Below, one piece after another: positions 39,944 to 52,688 of a stretch of 64,000 bases of DNA (its first letter is position 1; every line of letters starts with the position of its first letter). The stretch lies in NCBI RefSeq assembly GCF_018350175.1, contig NC_058368.1:33172001-33236000 (forward strand), read 5' to 3'. The notes beneath the pieces were generated by a model. The model saw only the letters and a program-made list of their open reading frames with translations, made no database searches and was not told the DNA's origin. A program made the translations under genes and the position numbers. Source of the stretch: Felis catus. Taxonomy: Eukaryota.

Positions 39944-40497
39944 AAGAAGAATGTTTGACACATAATTTCCTCCTTATTTTACTTTAATATATTTGTTAGT
40001 GATTACTTTCTTAAATATCCTTGTATATGTGAGTATGTAAGTTCTTTAATTTATATAAATGAAATAGAAGAATTTTTGCAATTACATAACTTCATCTTTA
40101 ATATGTGATTTTATATGCTAAACCAGAGTAATTTTTTTTAACTTTTTCATTTTGGGATTATTATAGATTCACATGTAATTTTAAGCAATAAAAGAGAGAA
40201 GCCTAATTACCATGACATGCTTTCCCACAATGCTCATATCTTGCCAAACTGTGATACAATATCACAGGCAGAATACTGTCTTTGATACAACCAAGGTACA
40301 GAACATTTCTATCACCACAAGGATTCCTTATGTTCTTTCACAGTCACACCCTCTTCCATCCCACTGTTCCCCCCACCCCCTTAACCTCTCAGTGTCACAA
40401 ATCTTTTTTTTTTTTTTTTTTTTGGAGAATAGACTTAGCTCTGTAGAACATTAATCAGTTTTCTATAAATTTGTCATTTTAAGAATATCATACAAAT

Positions 40498-40649
40498 GGG
40501 GATGCCTGGGTGACTCGGCTGAGTGTCTGACTCTCGATTTAAGCTCAAGTCATGATCACAGTGTCTTGAGATTGAACTCTGTGTTGGGCTCCACGCTGGG
40601 CCTGGAGTTTGCTTGAGATTATCTCACTCCTTCTCCCTCTGCCCCTCCC

Positions 40650-40696
<47 letters not shown>

Positions 40697-40726
40697 TGCT
40701 TTCTCTTTCAAAAATAAAAATAAAAA
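40498..40726 (+). mobile_element. Older CAN-SINE containing (CA)n at 40652-40693
   Basis: ggggatgcctgggtgactc head; TSD aagaatatcatacaaat / aagatattctacaaac. Confidence 0.92.
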
Positions 40727-40976
40727 AGATATTCTACAAACGGAATCATACACTATGTACCCTTTGGGAGACTTTTTTTTTTTAACTCAGCATAGTTCTC
40801 TAGAAGTTCTTCAGGTAGGTTGTTGCATGTTTCAATAGTTTGTTCCTTTTTATTGCTGGTTAGTATTTCATGGTATGTACATACCAGTTTTTTAACCATT
40901 TGCCTGCTAAAGGACACATAGATTGTTATTACGTTTTGGCTACTGAAAATAAAGTTGCTGTAAAATATTGTATACA

Positions 40977-41190
40977 GGGGAGACCTGGGTAGCTCAGTTG
41001 ATTAAGCCTCCCACTCTTGATTTCAGCTCAGGTCATGATCTCACCATTTGTGAGGTCTAGCCCTGTGTTGGGCTCTGTGCTGGCAGCACAGAGCCTGCTT
41101 GGATTTGTCTCTCTCTGTCCCTAACCGGCTCTCTCTCTCTTTCTCAAAATAAATGAATGAACATTAAGAAAAATAATGTCTTTAAAAAAA
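40977..41190 (+). mobile_element. Older CAN-SINE
   Basis: ggggagacctgggtagctcagttgattaagc...gctcaggtcatgatctc. Confidence 0.92.
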
Positions 41191-41433
41191 TTGTGGAGAG
41201 TTTTTTGTATGAACCTAAATCTTCGCTTTCTTGGGATAAGTTTCCAGGAGTGCAATTGTTGGGTCATATGGCATTGAATGACAAACTTTTCCGGAATGGC
41301 TTTGGTCTTTCACATTTCCATCAGCACTATATGAATGATTCAGACTCTTCACATCATTGTCAGCATATGCCATAACTATTTTTTTTTCCTATTCTTTGGT
41401 TAATGGGGGAGGGATAGTGCAGGGCCATGTTTG

Positions 41434-42860
41434 TTTTTTTTTTTTTTTCTAGTATTTTGATAGGGATTGCATTAAATATGTGGATTGCTTGCTAGTATGT
41501 GCTTTTAACAATGTTTGTTCTTTCAATCCATGAGCATGGGATGCTTTTCCATTTCTTTGTGTCCTTTTCGATTTATTTCATAACTGTGCTATAGTTTTCA
41601 GAGTATAGACCTCTTACCTCTTTGGTTAGGTTTATTCCTAGGTATCTTACTGTTTTTGGTGAAATTGCAAGTGTGATCTATCCTTGATTTCTTTTTCTAC
41701 TGCTTGGTTATTGGTGCGTGGAAATACAATAGATTATGCACATTGGTTTTATATCCTGTGAATCTGATGAATTCATGTGTTAGTTCTAGAAATTATTTTG
41801 GTGGAAACTTTTGGGTTTTCTGCAGAGTATCGTGTTTTCTTCAAATAGTGAAATTTGGACTTCTTCCTTGCTGATTTGGATCCCTTTTATTTATTTTTGT
41901 TGTCTTATTGCTGAGGCTAAGACTTCTACTACTATGGTAAATAGTAATGGTGAGAGTGGACATCCTTGTCTTGTTTCTGACCATTGATGAAAGGCTCTCA
42001 GTTTTTCCCCATTGAGGATAATATTACTTGTGTATCTTTCATATATGACCTTTATGATGTTGAGGTATGTTCTACCTATCCCTACTTTGTTGAAGGTTTT
42101 TATCAAGAATTGATACTGTATTTTTTCAAATGCTTTTTCTGCACCTATTGACAAGATCATAATGGTTCTTTTATTACTGTGGTGTATCACATTGATTGAT
42201 TTGTGAATATTGAACAGCCCTGCAGCCCATGAATATATATACCCCACTTGGTCATGATGAATAATTCTCTTAATGTACTGTGGAGCTTGATTTGTAGTAT
42301 CTTGTTGATAATTTTTGCATCCATGTTCATCAGGGATATTGGTCTATAATTCTCCTTTGTAGTGGGGTCTTTGTCTGGTTTTGGAATTAAGGCAATGCTG
42401 GCTTTGTAGAATGAGTTAGAAACTTTCCTTTCTATTTCCATTTTTTGAAACAGTTTGAGAAGAATAGTTATTAACTCTTCTTTAAATGTCTGGTAAAATT
42501 CACTTGAGAAGCCATCAGGCCCAGGACTCTTATTTATAGGAGATTTGTGATTACCAATTCAGTTTCTTAGGTGGTTATGGGCCTGTTCAAATTTTCTATT
42601 TCTTCCCATTTCACCTTTGGTAGTTTGGGAGTTTCTAGGAATTTGTCCATTTCTTCCACATTGCCTAATTTGTTGGCATACAATTTTCATAATATTCTTT
42701 ATAATTGTATTTCTGTGATGTTGGTTATGTTCTTTCCTCTTTCATTTGTGATTTTATCTAATTGGGTCCTTACTATTTTCTTTTTGATAAGTTTGGCTAG
42801 GGGTTTATCAATTCTGTTTATTCTTTTAAAGAACCAGATCTTAGTTTTCTTGATATGTTC

Positions 42861-42894
<34 letters not shown>

Positions 42895-43978
42895 ATTTCT
42901 ACATCATTTATTTCTGCTCTAATATTTATTATTTCCCTTCTGCTGGCTTTAGGCTTTATTTGCTGTTCCTTTTTTTTTTTTTAGCTCTTTAACATGTAAG
43001 ATTAGGTTGTGTATTTGGGACCTTTTTTGCTTCTTGAGATAGGCCTGAATTGAAATAGACTTCCCTCTTAGGACTGCCTTTGCTGCATCCCAGAGGTTTT
43101 GGATGGTTTTGTTTTTATTTTCATTTGCTTCCATGTACTTTTATATTTCTTCTTTAATGTCCTGGTTAACCCATTCATTCTTTAGTAGCGTGTTCTTTAA
43201 TATCCATGTATTTGAGTGCTTTCCAATTTTTCTGTGTGTGTATGGTTGACTTCAAGTTTCATCGTGTTATGATCTGAAAATCTGTGTGGTACGATCTCAA
43301 TCTTTTTGTACTTCTGAGGGCTAATTTGTGATCCAGTATGTTATCTATTCTGGAGGATGTTCCATGTGCACTCTAAAAGAATGTGTATTCTGTTGCTTTA
43401 GGATGAAATGTTCTGAATGTATGTTAAGACCATCCATTCTAGTCATTCAAAGCCATTATTTCCCTGTTGATTTTTGGCTTAGATGATCTGTCCATTGCTG
43501 TAAGTGGGGTGTTGAAATCCCCTACTATTATTATATTATTATAAATGTTTCTTTATGTTTGTGATTAATTGATTTATATATTTGGGTGTTTTCAAGTTGG
43601 GGGCATAAATATTCACAGTTGTTAGATCTTCTTGGTGGATAGACTCCTCAACTATGACATGCTCTTCTTCATCTCTTATTACAGTCTTTACTTTCTATTT
43701 ATTTTTCAATCTAGTTTGATATAAGTATGGCTACTCTGGCTTTCTTTTGATGTCCAACAGCATGATAGATGGTTTACCATCCCCTCACTTTCCATCTGCA
43801 GGTGTCTTGGTTCTCAAATGAGTCTCTTGTAGGCAGCATATAGATGGATCATGTTAATTTTTTTTAATCCATTCTGATATCCAATGTCTTTTGACTGGAG
43901 AAGTCAGTCTATTTACATTCAGAGTAATTATTGAAAGATGAATTTAGTGTCATTGTGTTACCTACAGAGTTGGTGTTT
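41434..43978 (-). mobile_element. Carnivore L1 fragment: ORF2 endonuclease, linker and RT, frameshifted and 3'-truncated
   Basis: ORF2 ATG at 43953 (-), then LSIITLNVN and DPSICCLQETH; ORFs 42949-43134 (QNLWDAAKAVLRGK), 42187-42441 ([27 protein letters not shown]) and 41891-42247 (AEKAF...[12 protein letters not shown]). Confidence 0.97.
42862..42893. repeat. (GTT)n microsatellite inside L1
   Basis: Directly visible. Confidence 0.9.
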
Positions 43979-43979
43979 A

Positions 43980-44690
43980 CTCTCTTTCCCCTAAGGGCAA
44001 CATCTTGCAAAACTGTAGGACAATATCCCAAGTAGAATATTGACATTGATATAGTCAAGATACAGAACATTTCTATCAGTGCCTGGGTTCCTCATGTTGC
44101 CCATTTATATAGCCATACTTCTTCCTTCTCACCTACCTTCTTAACTGCTAGCAACCACAAACTTGTTATGCATTTCTATAACTTTGTCATTTCAAGAATA
44201 TTATATAAATGGAACCATACCGTATGTAACATTTTAGGGTTTATTTTTTACTTAACATAATTCTCCAGAGATTCCTACAGGTTTTTGTGTCTTTTCAAAC
44301 CACTTTGTATTTATTGCTGAATCATATTCCGTGATTTTTACATGTACCAGAGTTGTTTATACAGATGTTAAAGAATATCTGGGTTGTGTCCAGCCAGGTT
44401 TTGGTATTATGAATAAAGTTGCTGTAAGCATTCCTATACAGATTTTTATGTGAATTTAAGTTTCCATTGTTCTGGAATTAATTTCCAGGAAAATAATTGC
44501 TTGGGTTGTATGGTAGTTGCTTGTTTACATATCACTACTTAACTACCAGAATAGGTAAAATTAAAAAAAAAATAGTGACAACAAATGCTGATAAGGATGT
44601 GGAGAAACTAGATCACTCATACATTGCTGGTGAGATTAGTAAACTCACACACTCACCCTGGAAAACAGTTTGATGGTTCCTTCAAAACCT
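43980..44690 (-). mobile_element. L1MC-type 3' end with inverted 5' segment (44528-44690 on +)
   Basis: 43980-44527 is reverse L1 3' end; 44528-44690 'agtgacaacaaatgctgataaggatgtggagaaactagatcactcatacattgctggtg...ctggaaaacagtttg' is forward ORF2 3' region. Confidence 0.85.
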
Positions 44691-45969
44691 CTCAAACCTC
44701 AAATAAATTTTAAATCCCTTTTTTGGGGCTTAGGACAGGCTTCCAGGTTTCTGGAATTGTGTAGTTAAAGCAGTCATTTAGACCAGTCATTTCTATAATT
44801 TCCTTATTATTTGGCCCTACCAGTAAAGTTTTAATACACACATATGTATAAATATTTTATATACCATATAGTACTAATATAAAAATTTACCTTGAAATAT
44901 TTAAAACCATACATTTTTAAAAATACATAAATATAAATATAAGTCCAAGGTCAGAATTGTGATGTAGTTATATGTTTCTTTTTTTACCACACTCCATTGG
45001 CTTAGCCAGCATGGATTTTCAGTGCTGTTCTGAACCGTGGAGATAGCCAACTTACAGTCACATAGTTTGAGAGCTGAAGCACAAAATACATGCATGATAG
45101 TATTTGAAGTCCAAGACCTTTATAGCTAGGTATTTCTCCCTTGGTCTCTAGTCCATTTGGTTTCTATGATGATGTTAGAATGGGACCATTAAAATTCTCA
45201 AAAGTTTAAAGTTGATTCTTTCATGGAGTTTGGAGAAATCACAAATTTTCTATAAAAATCTGAGTCTTTAGCAGTGGCAGAAGTTCACCAGCCATATAAT
45301 TTATGGAGTGTCTCCTGACATTTTGTAGTATATGAACAGAATCTTACTGTGGCTCCATTATAAATAAAAGAAATATTAGAGCTATATCAAGGATAATTCC
45401 TTGCCTTCAATGATTTCCTGATGTATTTCTTTCAGAGAAAATTAATCACCTCTTATGGAGTTTATAGAAGTCAATGACTAACTTAGTACCTATTGATCTT
45501 TCTTTAAGGTCTAGATTAGAATTAGAGCATGTGAGTTTTCATGCCAGAAAGAGAAGCTGGTACAGTATTTTCAAGTGGAGAAAGTATTCCTATCAGAAGA
45601 GAAGGAGGCAAGAAAGTTTGGAAGGAGGAAATAGGCACTCATGTTACCAAGACTGTTGGTATCAGTCCCAGGCAGCTCTGTGGCAGTCCTTAAGAGGACA
45701 TTGGGCTAAATAAAGTGTGTGAAGATAGGAGAAAGATTACAAAGTTTATTTTTGGTGACAAGTAAGGGCTGTTGACTCATTCCTATAAGTTAAAAATGGT
45801 AACCAAAGATCAAGCCAAAGAGTTGTGAACTGCTGTGAACTGTCAGTTATGTCTGGCTTCTTCACCAAAGTGGCCCTTCACTAAAATGGGCCAGTCTGAG
45901 TGATTTTGAATTTTAGACAGTTGTTATTAGATGTCACAAGCACCTATAAACTCTTTAAAAGGAGATTTT

Positions 45970-45976
45970 ATATCTA

Positions 45977-46011
<35 letters not shown>

Positions 46012-46083
46012 AGTTGTTTATTTGTTTGTTTTAGTTTCTTTGTTTTGTTTTTGTTTTTGTTTTTGTTTTTGTTTTTGTTTTTG
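45970..46083. repeat. (TCTA)n followed by (TTTTTG)n microsatellites
   Basis: Directly visible. Confidence 0.9.
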
Positions 46084-46252
46084 GTTGAGAGGGGAAACAT
46101 CAAAGTGCTTTTGCCCAATAGGATATGGTGATTTCGTACTTCCATGGGACCATAATGAGCAGAAAAATTTTGAAATGGTTACGATCTTTTTTGTTAGAAT
46201 CTCCAAGCATATTAGAAAAATGGAAAATAAATTTCATAGTTAAGAAAGCCCA

Positions 46253-46469
46253 GGGGCACCTGGGTGGCTTGGTTGGTTGAGTGCCAACTTTGGCTCAGGT
46301 CATGATCTCACAGTTCGTGGGTTTGAGCCCTGCATTGGGCTCTGTGCTGACAGCTCAGAACCTGGAGCCTATTTTGGATTCTGTGTCTCCCTCTCTCTCT
46401 CTCTGTCCCTCCCCTGCTTGTGTTCTGTATCTCTCTCTCTCTCAAAAACAAATAAACATTAAAAAAAAG
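46253..46469 (+). mobile_element. CAN-SINE
   Basis: Typical head, (CT)n, aataaa and A tail. Confidence 0.95.
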
Positions 46470-46621
46470 TTTTTCAGCCTAAAGAACTGAGTCTAGTATT
46501 TCTTCACAAATTTGGAAAAGAACAATCAGGACCAGAGATCCCTGCCCTGGTTAGAAAAACTCTAATCAAAATTGCCACTGAGGCCATCCTTAGAGTAGAA
46601 TTGAGAGAAACATTGTCTTGT

Positions 46622-46870
46622 CTTTTTTTTTTGTTTGTTTGTTTTTTGTTTTCTTATCAAGGTATAATTGAAAAATAAAATTGTAATATAGTTAAAGTGC
46701 TCACTGCGAGGATTTGATATACATGTAAACTGTGAAGGAATTTTCAACGAGTTAATAATTTCATGACTTTATTTGGTGAGCACTTAAGTTCTAATCTCTT
46801 AGAAATTTTCAATTATACAATACAGTGTTATCAACGGTAGTCGCTGTGTTATACATTAGATCCTCAGAAT
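46622..46870 (-). mobile_element. L1MA9/10-like 3' end
   Basis: T tail then 'aggtataattga...ttttcaattatacaatacagtgttatcaacggtagtcgctgtgttatacattagatcctcagaa'. Confidence 0.8.
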
Positions 46871-47504
46871 GTACCATTTTGGTAAGTGATGCATGTGTAG
46901 AGCTAGAGAAATCAATAAAGTTTTAAAAAATAAAAAAAATCCTCCAAACATAATATTTGTGAGCATGTTGAAAATAAGACAAGTCAAAGCTTAGGAGAGC
47001 ACTTGTAAATGTATATTTTGGGTTCTTAGAAAGGAAACACAAGAGGAATAATTAATGGAAATATTTTTTTCTGTAACAACTATTAACTGTTAACTAACAA
47101 CATATATAGATAACATATATATGATACATGTCTATATAATATAATGTATAATATGTATATAATATGTATTGTGTAGATGCAGATATGTGGATATCTATTT
47201 CTCACTTTGTGCCAAAGAGATGACAAGTTTTCACAGGTAAAGAAGTAGAATTTTGTGACATAAATGGAAGTGCCAGACAGTATTTAGGAGACCTAGTAAA
47301 TTTCAGAGTATAACCCTGACAACATTTATAGCTTTCATGAAGGTAACTAATGATTATATTATGAGTGATGTGAATGCAATCAAGTGAGAGAATTCAAAAA
47401 GTTAGCAATAACCAGCCAAGTTCTTGAAACTCATTAGTTTAGCTAAAATATTTTTGTTATCAAATATAAGGTGACCAAGAACATTGCTTTATATAAGTAT
47501 ATGA

Positions 47505-47750
47505 TTAGAAACATCCAATAGTGATAGTTTGCATATCTCTTGCCACATCATGATATTGACAGTCAGTGACCCCTTTACCACTGGAAATCGTGTTATCCAT
47601 GCCTTTAAAACTAATTAGATTAGAGTGACCATTCCAGAACTTGAGAAAACCCTGAAACAATTCAGAAAGCTCATCGTTAAGAGCCTCTTCCTTTAGAACC
47701 ACTTCTGCTACCAAAATCTGTGTCATTATTCTCCAAAGAAACAACATACA
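47505..47750 (-). mobile_element. ERV-L internal 5' start (47505-47718) plus MLT2-like LTR end (47719-47750)
   Basis: Minus strand reads LTR end, then gattttggtagcagaagtggttctaaagg...gggttttctcaagttctggaatggtcactctaatctaattag. Confidence 0.8.
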
Positions 47751-47754
47751 CACA

Positions 47755-48040
47755 TAGTGGTCACTGTTCTCACATTCTTGGTAAAATATCTATATGTCAG
47801 AGGGGTAGGAAATAAATCTGACAAGTATTCAGGGACTTTCAGCTTCAGTGAAATTTCCAAAAGTCCAGTGGTATCCCTTCTAAGGTAAAAAGTAAATTAT
47901 CACATTTTTTTTCTAATACAGCCAATAAAGAGGCACACTACCTAGTGGGCTTCTGGGATTTTTGTAAGCAACATATTCTCCCTTGGGTTTACTACTCCAG
48001 GTCTTTCCCTAAGGGCCCCCAGAGCTGCTAATTTTGTATA
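47755..48040 (+). pseudogene. pol: ERV-L pol (RT C-terminal part) fossil
   Basis: Reads ...EINLTSIQGLSASVKFPKVQW...IPSKVK...KEAHYLVG, matching ERV-L ([22 protein letters not shown]...IPSKVKDKL...KEAQRLVGLFGFW) with stops and frameshifts. Confidence 0.85.
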
Positions 48041-50640
48041 ATGTTCACGACATAAGGTCCTGAGGAAATGAACTAAGGGCAGCATCAATCACAGAGGCAG
48101 AGGAGTTAGGTCTCGGTAAGAGGAGAAGGAACATATTGGGTTTAACTGGATGACAGAATGGAGGTTGTAGAGAGATCTATGTGGTACACATGGGAGGGTG
48201 AAGGGCAGGGATTTGAAACAGTTACGCAGGCATGAATGAGGGGGAAAAAACCGTCTAGAAGAGAGAGATGGGTGAAGTTCAAGGGGTGAATTTCAGGATA
48301 AAACCATTATTGACAGATATAAGAGAGGCAGCTGATGAATAAATATAAAAAGAGTTTTGCAGTCTCCACTGAAATTCTGTATTATAAACTCCTGTAATTT
48401 CCAGAAAGCTTGTGTTTCCCATGGCAGTTTCATCTAAGAGACAGATGTAATTATTTTAGTGTCCAGAGCAATTTTTTTAAAGTGGCACGATAGTATACCA
48501 TTTCTGTAAGATTATTTGGAAATGAATGTGCTATCAAAAGTTTCCTGTGAATTCCAGAGTGCATGAATCAATAATTATGAAAAGACTTGAGCAGTGGCTT
48601 AGTAGGACCAATTTGGAATATACCTGTTGAATTGCCTGTCGCAACATAATCTTGGTAGTTACATTTGTAATGAATGCCCTTGGGTTCTGGGCTGTGTGAT
48701 AACACACCTGTTTTAGAGAAGCCCAAGGACTGAAAGGATGTTGTGACCTCATCTGAATTATGTACTCTAAATTGGAAAACGATATTAAAAGGGAGAATTT
48801 CCCCTATACTTCCCTAGCAGCTCAAACTTAATTTAATTTGGGGAGATATAATTTCATGTCTATATGACATAGGATGCAAATTATTTTTTAAATGTGTTAG
48901 TTCTTAGAAGAAACCTTTATATAAGCTACATATAAAAGTACGTTCTATGTATCTGGACATCCTCTTGAAATTTTTCAAGTCAGAAAATACTGACCCAAGG
49001 AGTTAGCGCTATATATTTTCTTTCCTTCCTAAACTCTAAAATTTCCCCTTCAGTTAGCAAATAAATGATTTGAACAGAAAAATACATTAATTTGGTAGCA
49101 AAGAATCATAAATAAAAAATGATCCTATATGGCTATGCATTTTTACTTGAAGCATGTTAAATGAACTTTATTGATGTGGATTTTTGTTTGTTTTCCTCAT
49201 GGAAAAGTAATTTAAGTCACTTCATAAATTCCATTCCTTATTGCTAAATGACAATTAAGATTGTCCTAAGAAAACATTCACGTAGCATAAAGTTGCTGTT
49301 GATTATATGTAAGGCCCAAAGAAACAATTGCAAATAGATTAAAGAAATAAATCCATCTGATAAGAAACAGTAGATGTTTGAGACCTCATATTTTCAGAGG
49401 CTACTGAATTTCACTCTCATGATCAAAGAGAGATTCATCTCATGTGCACCGGAGGCAGATTCATGAAAGTGGCTACGTAAAAAAAAGAAATTCTTAGACA
49501 TAGGGATACTGCTTTGTTTAAAATTGTATATGCAGTAACACAACCCTTTAGTGATTATTTGAATCTAATACTAGAATCTTCCCAGGAGCATGAAATTTTT
49601 ATAAATCATACTTCAGTGTTGTTGAACTTGTAAGATTTGGCTCTTAATGGATATTTCCTAGGGAAATGTAGTTATTTATGAAATATACCTCTATAGAAAG
49701 CCCTATAGGTAGTCAATTATTCACAACCCTGTAACAAGAAATGAAAAAAAAAATAAATTTTGAATAAGATAAATATATCCATCCTATAATATAAATGTTA
49801 ACAATGTATATTGTGTGTATATTTAATATATCACATTGTTACATATATGCCTCTAGATGGAGCAGCCTTTAATAACAAATACCACATATAATATTTTAAA
49901 AATTATAAATCTTATCACATTTACCCAACCAAAAAGAAAGAGATGTCTAACAATCCTGTGAAATTTTCACATCAGTCTTGTAACACAAGATCTGTAAATA
50001 TACGGGTGGTCGTTTAAATTTACACCCCTTGTAAAATGCTCATTTGCTAATATATAGCTCCTCTAACTCATTGCATCACAAGACTTGCTTTCTTGACCCT
50101 ACTCAAAACCCACTGTTAGATAAAAGTAGAAGTGAATCTAAGGGTCTAGTTTTCTGGAGATCACCTCTGTAAACAACAGCTGTAAAAATGGAATGTAGCC
50201 CAGCTGATCATCATGGGTAATACAAGGAACATTTTCACTAGGCTCCATACAAGAACTCTTTTTTCAGAGGAAAATAACGTTTGAAGCTTGAGATGGCCTC
50301 CTCTTACATATGCATCAGCGAGTATAATAGCACATCACTCCTAGTATGGAGTCAGTTGTAATAAGGAAGTTGATCTATCGAAACATGTAATTAAATGTAC
50401 TAATTTGAAGTACACTAATTTAGATGATGATTATTTTTTTAAATGCTCAAGTTTAAGATTACCTTTAAATACACATTTCCTACGTACATGTTTGCTGTAG
50501 TACAAGGACAAATATGCCATTTTTAGGGGAACTAGCTACCCTCAGTTCTCTCAGGAACACAAACACTTGATAGTAAATAATGGGTATGCGGTTTCTTCCA
50601 TTGAAAAAGTTATTAAAATTCTGTGTATAAAAATATTGTT

Positions 50641-50867
50641 GGGATGTCTGGGTGCCTCAGTCCATTAAGCATCCAATGATAAAGCATCCGACTTCGGCTC
50701 GGGTCACTATCTCATAGTTCGTGTGCTTGAGCCCTGCGTTGGGCTCTGTGCTAACAGCTAAGAGCTTGGACCCTTCTTCAGATTGTGTCTCCTTCTCTCT
50801 CTGCCCCTCCCCCAATTGCAGTCTACCTCTCTCTCTGTCTCAAAAACAAATAAACATTTAAAAAATG
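50641..50867 (+). mobile_element. CAN-SINE with small internal duplication
   Basis: taagcatcca-atgat-aaagcatccg in the head; TSD aaaaatattgtt / aaaaatactgtt. Confidence 0.94.
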
Positions 50868-51404
50868 AAAAATACTGTTAAACTATTTTGAGTAATTTTA
50901 TGTATGAGCATGAAATTGCCCAGTCCATTTGAAGTTTTCTATAAATCAAATAGTCAAACTAGTCTAATATCATCATAGAATTTTTTCAAGGAGACAATGA
51001 AGAATGTTAGCCAACTATTTTTAACATTGGTGGTAGGGTGCAAAATATGAACTGAATAATATTACGAAGGGGTTATTTTGGCAAAAAACTAAAAAAATAA
51101 ACCTTTGTCCACAAGATTGAAAACAATAGAGATGAGAAAGCTTGTTATATTCTGTTTTGAGTAACTGTGTAAGCAGCCCAGTTTCATCATGTCAAGAATG
51201 TGGGACACCTTAAGAAGAAGACCTAGATAATATCACAAAGTGATTTATTTCCATATATCTTAGTGATCAGCAGTGACTACGTGTTCTGAGATAGCCATTG
51301 GTAAATTTTTCAAGTGGAAATGTTTCCCGTCTGTTTTCTATGTTCTATGTTCTATGTTTCTATGTTCTTTACTTCAGCTCTTTCCACTTCAAATGATTCC
51401 AGTT

Positions 51405-51626
51405 TTGTTTATTTTTGTTTTTTGTTTGTTTGTTTATTGAAAGAGAGTGAAAGAGTGCACTAACGGGGGAGGAGCAGAGAGAGAAGGAGAGAGAAAGAAT
51501 CCCAAGGAAGCTCCACACTGTCAGCACAGAGTCTGACAGGTGTCTCAAACCCACGAACTGTGAAATCATGACCTGAACCGAAATCAAGAGTCGAACAGTT
51601 AAAAGACTGACTCACCCAGATACCCC
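51405..51626 (-). mobile_element. Older CAN-SINE
   Basis: TSD aatgattccagtt / agtgattacagtt. Confidence 0.93.
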
Positions 51627-52469
51627 AGTGATTACAGTTCTTTAAAAACTCCACTAAATTTTCAAGGATCTGATAAATTTATAACTTTCTGGCTGAGACT
51701 AAGTCCATTAAAAAGGAAGCCAAAAATATTAAGTTAAACATTTAACTGCCATATTAGTAAGTCACAAGAGAGTAGAATATTGGCAATTTAATTTGTTTCA
51801 ATATAATATAATCCTATAAGAATTGTATACTTTGATGCCAATTATACTGGAATTAAAAAAAAAGAATTGTACACTTTAAGTCACAAAAAGATCGGTATGT
51901 CCAGTTTTCAATTGCAAGTAAGGAAAATGAGTTCCATCATGATGAAGTGACTTATCAAAGACCACAAAATAAATGATAAGCATGCATAAATATAAATTCT
52001 AATAAAAGAAGTGAAATTGGGTCGAACATAATCTTTATGCCAACAAAATTAATCCCTTTAGAAGTAATTTAGGCAGCGTTTATTGGTTTATTGTATGGTT
52101 TCTTAGAGTAGTGGGTATATGGAGAGAGACCATATACTAAAGATATTTATATATTTGAAAATATACCTAATGTATGAATTTTGACTATACTGATTAATAC
52201 TTACTACTAATTTAACTATACTAATACTAATTGATTAGTGAAGGCTAATATGGTATCCTTCCTAGTATACCTCACATCACATAATATAGAGGTGACAGTG
52301 AATTTCTTAATGTCTTCAATTGAACTAGCTTTCATGTTGAAAAGAGTATGCTTATTTATGCAACTGATATTTGTTTATTGATCCCTATGAGCAAATGCAT
52401 ATACCCTACCCCTAGTTCTTAAAGGTCTTATAATATAGATTCTGAACAAGTATAAACTGCTTACTTCCT

Positions 52470-52688
52470 GGGGCGCCTGGGTGGCTTGGTCAGTTAAGCG
52501 TTCGACTTCAGCTCAAGTCATGATCTCACGGTCCGTGAGTTCGAGCCCCGCGTGGGGCTCTGTGCTGACAGCTCGGAGCCTGAAGCCTGCTTCGGATTCT
52601 GTGTCTCCCTCTCTCTCTGCCCCTCCCCCACTCATGCTCTGTCTCTCTCTGTCTCAAAAATAAATAAACGTTAAAAAAAATTAAAAAA
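52470..52688 (+). mobile_element. Young CAN-SINE
   Basis: Perfect 16-bp TSD aaactgcttacttcct (52454-52469, 52689-52704). Confidence 0.97.

Larger units (their letters stand above)
40135..41385 (-). mobile_element. L1MC-type 3' end, split by two CAN-SINEs
   Basis: 'atatcttgccaaactgtgatacaatatcaca...caaggtacagaacatttctatcaccacaagg...tagtttgttcctttttattgctg'. Confidence 0.85.

Noticed and set aside
42571..42984. 137-aa hydrophobic ORF with poly-Val
   Set aside because: Antisense of L1 ORF2 plus a (GTT)n microsatellite.
18088..44520. Three similar segments (18088, 40135, 43980) as a segmental duplication
   Set aside because: All are L1MC-type 3' ends, mutually diverged and with unrelated flanks.
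4782..48040. The ERV-L pol at 47755 seems to resume where the RT at about 4835 ends, as if one provirus were split
   Set aside because: They are 43 kb apart with ancient MIR/L2 in between and appear linked to different LTR types (LTR16-like versus MLT2-like); likely coincidence.
50255..50400. Acceptor-like ctcttttttcag as a coding exon start
   Set aside because: Stop codons occur within about 25 nt in all three frames.
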